Assembly (NCBI GenBank): GCA_021741075.1
Contig: JAIOYO010000008.1
Coordinates: forward strand, 12,283 to 76,282
From: Flavobacteriales bacterium
Lineage (GTDB): Bacteria > Bacteroidota > Bacteroidia > UBA10329
Direction of reading: 5' to 3'
DNA: 64,000 nt
Shown here: piece after piece, positions 60,501 to 64,000 of the stretch
Layout: every line of letters begins with the position of its first letter
Numbering within the stretch: the stretch's first letter is position 1
Notes under the pieces: generated by a model
What the model was told of the DNA's origin: nothing
Database searches by the model: none
The model's input: the letters and a program-made list of their open reading frames with translations, nothing else
Translations under genes and position numbers: made by a program

Positions 60501-62567
60501 GCGCATTATTTTCAATACAAGGAAGACGAGCACAGTAACATCATTTACGATCGCCCCGAAAGAGATTGGGATTTCTTGCAAACGCTCAAGCAATTGAAGG
60601 TAAATAGCGTTGGCATGATTGATAATCTTGCCGAAGGTGAAGGAACAAATTACTTTATTGATAACGGCCGCGAAGAATATCTAGGTTGCACAGGAAACAC
60701 GGCCTATTATCCACAACTACTAACCGCAGTTATGGATGCTTGTACGCTAGAACCGTGGTACACCCCTGGAGTTGATCAAGTAACTGGGCAGTTTTATCCT
60801 GGCGCAGGATCGCACGGGCAGCTCGAACCATGTAGAACACGACCAGAAGGATGGTATCAATGGGCAACCGACCCTCCGGGATCAGACAACATGATAAACT
60901 TCCTAAACAATGTTGTTCCAGATAGTAACTACATCGCTTTTACTACTTGGAGACCAGTTACTTCTACCGGATACGATTTGCAGAATCTCCCTGCCAACGT
61001 CATTCAAACATTGCATGACCTTGGCGCTACTGCCATAGACACGCTTGGGAATGTGGCATATGCTTTTTTTGCTAAGAAAGGCGACCCGTCATCAGCAATT
61101 GAAGTGTTTGGTCAGAACCTTACAGACAACATCAGCTTAACCGCAACCATGGCGGGTTGCTACAATCAAGGTACCATCACCACAAAATATATTGGGCCAA
61201 CATCCGAATGGAAATCGTTGCATGTACGGTCAAATCCGAAAGAGAATCCAACATTAGACAGTATCGCTATTAGCGTTATTGGCGTGCGACCGAGTGGGGT
61301 AGAGGAAGTAGTAATGTCTGGCATTGACGGCAATAGCACAGATATTCTCGACCTCTACAATTCCGTTGATGCCAGCATTTATCCACGATTACGGCTTAGT
61401 GCTTTTTGTGTTGATGATAGTGCAGCCAGCACCCCACCGCAAATCGATCGTTGGCAAGTGCTTTTCGAAGGTGTTCCAGAAGCCGCCCTTAACCCGCATA
61501 TTTCCTATACGTTTGAGAGCGACACACTTTATGATGGCGACATGCTCAAGTTCCATGTGGCCATCGAGAACATCAGCGAGTTTGATATGGACAGCCTACT
61601 GGTTCATTATTGGATAGAAGATGCCGCTGGTAATAGAAATTACCTGCCTTATCCGCGGCAAGCACCACTCTTGGCGGGCGAGTTTTTGTATGATACAATT
61701 GTCACAAGTCCGCTCGCATTCCTTGGCGGAAACGTGTTTTGGGTGGAGGTAAATCCGCGCAGACCAGATCAATCTTTCGGCTACGATCAGCTAGAGCAAT
61801 ATCATTTCAATAACCTCGCAAACGTAAAATTCAACGTGGCAGGAGATGGCGTAAATCCCATTATGGATGTCACTTTCGATGGCATCCACATCTTAGATGG
61901 CGACATCGTTTCGGCCAAGCCCTACATCGTTATTGAGTTGGATGATGAGAGTCAATTTAGGCTCCTTAACGATACTTCCGATTATCAAGTGTTTTTAAGG
62001 GAGCCCGAATCACAAAACCTTCAGCGTATTTGGTTCAAGAATTTTACCAATATGCAGTTCTACCCAGGAGAATCGCCCGATAATAAAGCACGAATTGAAT
62101 GGGATGCCGAGTTCCAAATTGATGGTATTTACGAGCTTTGGGTGCAGGGCTACGATCAGTCCAACAACGCTGCCGGAGACCAATATTACCGCATCAGTTT
62201 CGAAGTAATCAACGAAGCCACCATCTCCAACGTGCTCAATTATCCAAACCCATTCTCAACAGCTACCCACTTCGTATTCACCATCACAGGGTCAGAACAA
62301 CCAGATTATTTCAAGATTCAAGTGATGACCATCACCGGAAAAGTGGTGCGCGAAATAACCATGGACGACCTCGGCCAAATGAACATCGGTCGCAACGTAA
62401 CCTCCTATGCCTGGGATGGAAAAGACACCTACGGAGACCAACTAGCCAATGGCGTGTACCTCTACCGAATGGTAGCCAAACTCCAAGGCGACTACATCAA
62501 ACACCGCGATAGCGGAGCCGACAAATGGATTGAAAGCGGCTTTGGCAAGATGATGTTGATAAGGTAA
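57513..62567 (+). CDS. C25-family peptidase, PorU-like sortase (PorU2-like), with CARDB-like, ILEI-like and T9SS type A CTD domains
   Basis: EGIYRI propeptide motif, IPIGRL, catalytic FFGHG and NSC, LHGDP, and C-terminal NYPNPF...WDGKD...LANGVYLY. Confidence 0.87.
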   Translation: MRKLLLIAFLLQSALTFSQPYGNEWVNASQPHFQFNVNKEGIYRISYQVLDDALAQHGFNLSSIDPRNIQLFARGEQQFIYLQGEVDGVFDSNDFIEFYARGNDGVFDDGAYFDNPLNNANPYYSLINDTIRYFLTWNNSTNNARMAWETDVNFSSYTASPYIIRDEIDELHNNYFYGQTFNQTNSTSPIYDGGEGFYGYYFDPGFIDSFWNLGTTNRYAQGPDAEIEVSVVGNSYDDKNLRIVGPSIDFNTIVEQRNGYRYNFTVPTASLGTSVSNFTFSINNTPSAGSYRAIVGYVKVRYPQTPNIGNATAAKFLVDDNPNYPAQPKSRVQLAGYAQSTPRLYDLTNHRILPVGGAPGSYEFLVPDNGSLKECYITSEASITANAITTLRPAGPNGSAYFTDFNALDPNTDYFAIGHPSFYTEVQQYASYRNSSGHNAIGIDVEELYNQFGWGINKHPLAIRKFAQWALGNLTAPKHIFLIGKTIPSLAGRTNPALFAEILVPSFGYPPSDNMITSYLGTGTYLEETGIPIGRLAAKSPQQVSDYMQKVQEYEALGNEFWMKSGMHLSGGAAGAQLLQIRAFMDSYKYIFEDTLLGGHIQTFQKTSSQPFQITQVDSITNLINNGVQLINFFGHGSSVGFDVSIDHPSLFNNDNGKYPVMMANSCYAGDIHQPLSVPSSISEEWVLEPQGGALAFLSTVGPGNLFYLNSYCTNFYHSLSNLEYNNTIGWQVKRAIRENAQPLNYVTRMHNLEYTLHGDPGINITDRPKPDLMVNQQSIWFEPTEITTEMATFEMNIKITNLGAAFSDTFLIEIARQLPTGQVDTTLSIFHPPVNYIDTLTVFIPVNLVDGLGINTLCVSLDNSQIIDEMSEVNNDVCVTVNVLSPDIVPIWPYKFAVIPDQGPTLKCSTGNPFAPVKTYRIELDTTDLFNSPLMQFTTITQGGGVVNWTPSLLANMPDSTVYFWRASVDSATYGFYKWRETSFQYIIDKYGWGQAHYFQYKEDEHSNIIYDRPERDWDFLQTLKQLKVNSVGMIDNLAEGEGTNYFIDNGREEYLGCTGNTAYYPQLLTAVMDACTLEPWYTPGVDQVTGQFYPGAGSHGQLEPCRTRPEGWYQWATDPPGSDNMINFLNNVVPDSNYIAFTTWRPVTSTGYDLQNLPANVIQTLHDLGATAIDTLGNVAYAFFAKKGDPSSAIEVFGQNLTDNISLTATMAGCYNQGTITTKYIGPTSEWKSLHVRSNPKENPTLDSIAISVIGVRPSGVEEVVMSGIDGNSTDILDLYNSVDASIYPRLRLSAFCVDDSAASTPPQIDRWQVLFEGVPEAALNPHISYTFESDTLYDGDMLKFHVAIENISEFDMDSLLVHYWIEDAAGNRNYLPYPRQAPLLAGEFLYDTIVTSPLAFLGGNVFWVEVNPRRPDQSFGYDQLEQYHFNNLANVKFNVAGDGVNPIMDVTFDGIHILDGDIVSAKPYIVIELDDESQFRLLNDTSDYQVFLREPESQNLQRIWFKNFTNMQFYPGESPDNKARIEWDAEFQIDGIYELWVQGYDQSNNAAGDQYYRISFEVINEATISNVLNYPNPFSTATHFVFTITGSEQPDYFKIQVMTITGKVVREITMDDLGQMNIGRNVTSYAWDGKDTYGDQLANGVYLYRMVAKLQGDYIKHRDSGADKWIESGFGKMMLIR

Positions 62568-62568
62568 G

Positions 62569-62799
62569 CATACTCAGGTTTCCTACCCGTAAGATGCACT
62601 TTCGCTACTGCTAACATCGATTTTTTGGCAGCCAGTTCGAGTTCCGCCACAGCAAGAAGCGTTTCCGTCATTGCCAGTTCGGGTTTCGCCACAGCAAGAT
62701 GTGTTTCCACCATTACAAGGACGTGTTCCGTCACTGTAAGCATCAATTCCGCTGCTGCCTCTACCAATTTCTCAACCAACAGCATCAATTTCTAAATTC
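62569..62799. repeat. Degenerate 21-bp tandem array, about 11 units
   Basis: In register from 62569, every unit has TTY at positions 11-13, e.g. ccagttcgagTTCcgccacag, caagaagcgtTTCcgtcattg, ccagttcgggTTTcgccacag. Confidence 0.8.
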
Positions 62800-62864
62800 C
62801 ACATGATTACTTCATCACCTCATCCCCATAACCTACCTTTGCGCCCGTTCAAAAAGAAAGAATA

Positions 62865-64000
62865 ATGGCAAAGTATGATGTAACGATTATCGGTTCAGGC
62901 CCAGGAGGCTATGTAGGAGCAATTAGATGTGCACAATTGGGCATGAAAGTGGCCATCATCGAAAAATATCCAACCCTTGGTGGCACCTGCCTCAATGTGG
63001 GTTGCATTCCATCAAAAGCATTGCTCGATTCATCAGAACATTATCATAATGCCGTTCACACCTTCAAAGAGCACGGAATCGATATTTCCGCTCCAAAAGT
63101 CAACATCAAACAAATGATTGCTCGCAAAGGAGATGTAGTAAAATCAAACGTAGATGGCATTGCTTTTCTAATGAAGAAGAACAAGATTGATGTCTATGAA
63201 GGCGTTGGAAGTTTCGAAACCAAAAACAAAATCAAGGTCACAAAAACAGATGGCAGTTCGGAAGTGCTCGATACGGAGAAGGTGATTATCGCCACCGGTT
63301 CAAAACCTTCATCGCTACCATTTATTACCATTGATAAAAAGCGAGTCATCACTTCAACCGAAGCGTTAAATCTGACCGAAGTACCAAAACACCTAATTGT
63401 TGTAGGTGGAGGAGTAATCGGCCTAGAACTAGGTTCAGTTTATGCCCGTTTGGGAGCCGAAGTTTCTGTGGTAGAATACATGGATGGCATCATTCCAACC
63501 ATGGATAAGACCCTAAGTAAAGAATTACTGAAGGTTTTGAAGAAGGAAGGCGTGAAATTCTACCTAAGCCATAAGGTTAAAGCAGTAACGGCCAAAGGAA
63601 AAACGGTAACGCTCAAAGCAGATGATGCCAAAGGAAATGAGGTTTCGCTTGAAGGAGATTATTGCCTTGTTGCCGTAGGCCGTAGAGCTTACACCGATGG
63701 TCTTGGTTTAGATAAAGCAGGACTAACAACAGATGATAGAGGTAGAGTCGAGGTAGATGCACATCTACAGACAAAAGTTCCTGGCATATACGCCATTGGC
63801 GATGTCATAAAAGGAGCCATGCTTGCGCATAAAGCAGAGGAAGAAGGCATTTTTGTGGCGGAGGTAATGGCAGGGCAAAAGCCTCATGTTGATTACAATC
63901 TCATTCCTGGAGTGGTTTATACATGGCCCGAAGTGGCGGCTGTTGGGCAAACAGAAGAGCAACTGAAAGAAGCAGGCGTGGAGTACAAAGTGGGTTCATT
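62865..64000 (+). CDS. lpdA: Dihydrolipoamide dehydrogenase (runs off window edge)
   Basis: Manual translation MAKYDVTIIGSGPGGYVGAIRCAQLG...GGTCLNVGCIPSKALL; promoter element TACCTTTG at 62834-62841. Confidence 0.97.
   Translation, partial: MAKYDVTIIGSGPGGYVGAIRCAQLGMKVAIIEKYPTLGGTCLNVGCIPSKALLDSSEHYHNAVHTFKEHGIDISAPKVNIKQMIARKGDVVKSNVDGIAFLMKKNKIDVYEGVGSFETKNKIKVTKTDGSSEVLDTEKVIIATGSKPSSLPFITIDKKRVITSTEALNLTEVPKHLIVVGGGVIGLELGSVYARLGAEVSVVEYMDGIIPTMDKTLSKELLKVLKKEGVKFYLSHKVKAVTAKGKTVTLKADDAKGNEVSLEGDYCLVAVGRRAYTDGLGLDKAGLTTDDRGRVEVDAHLQTKVPGIYAIGDVIKGAMLAHKAEEEGIFVAEVMAGQKPHVDYNLIPGVVYTWPEVAAVGQTEEQLKEAGVEYKVGS

Noticed and set aside
62569-62799. CRISPR array
   Set aside because: No conserved repeat with unique spacers and no cas genes; units are contiguous 21-mers.

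Overview
A 64-kb, mostly housekeeping stretch of a Bacteroidota chromosome, most like Flavobacteriales. The assignment rests on the gld genes, T9SS proteins, TAnnTTTG promoters and a bS22-like peptide. It carries the division and cell-wall (dcw) operon mraZ-rsmH-ftsL-ftsI-murE-mraY-murD-[MurD C-terminal paralog]-[four-helix-bundle gene]-ftsW-murG-murC-ftsQ-ftsA-ftsZ. Also present: gldB/C/D/E, nadE, korAB, mrp-nfu, HU-TPR-bS22-rng-trmB-ATL, mutY-ssb, recQ, tatC-DUF5686-lptB, a PorV-like/PorU-like T9SS pair, and partial etfB and lpdA at the edges. I saw no rRNA, tRNA, CRISPR, IS transposase or prophage. Most notable: (1) an intact stand-alone copy of the MurD C-terminal domain inside dcw that has lost the D-Glu-binding Lys; (2) several inverted-repeat cassettes wedged between the stop and start codons of co-transcribed genes, one carrying an IVS-type four-helix-bundle gene and two empty; (3) a palindrome absorbed in-frame into both FtsW and MurG; (4) a DPM-synthase-like GT2 next to a TMTC-like GT-C/TPR protein; (5) a TsdA/SoxA-like diheme cytochrome; (6) an 11 x 21-bp degenerate array; (7) an unannotated 30-aa bS22-like gene followed by a structured rng leader; (8) a methyltransferase broken by one TGA at a Gly position. 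All calls come from reading motifs by eye; no searches were run.
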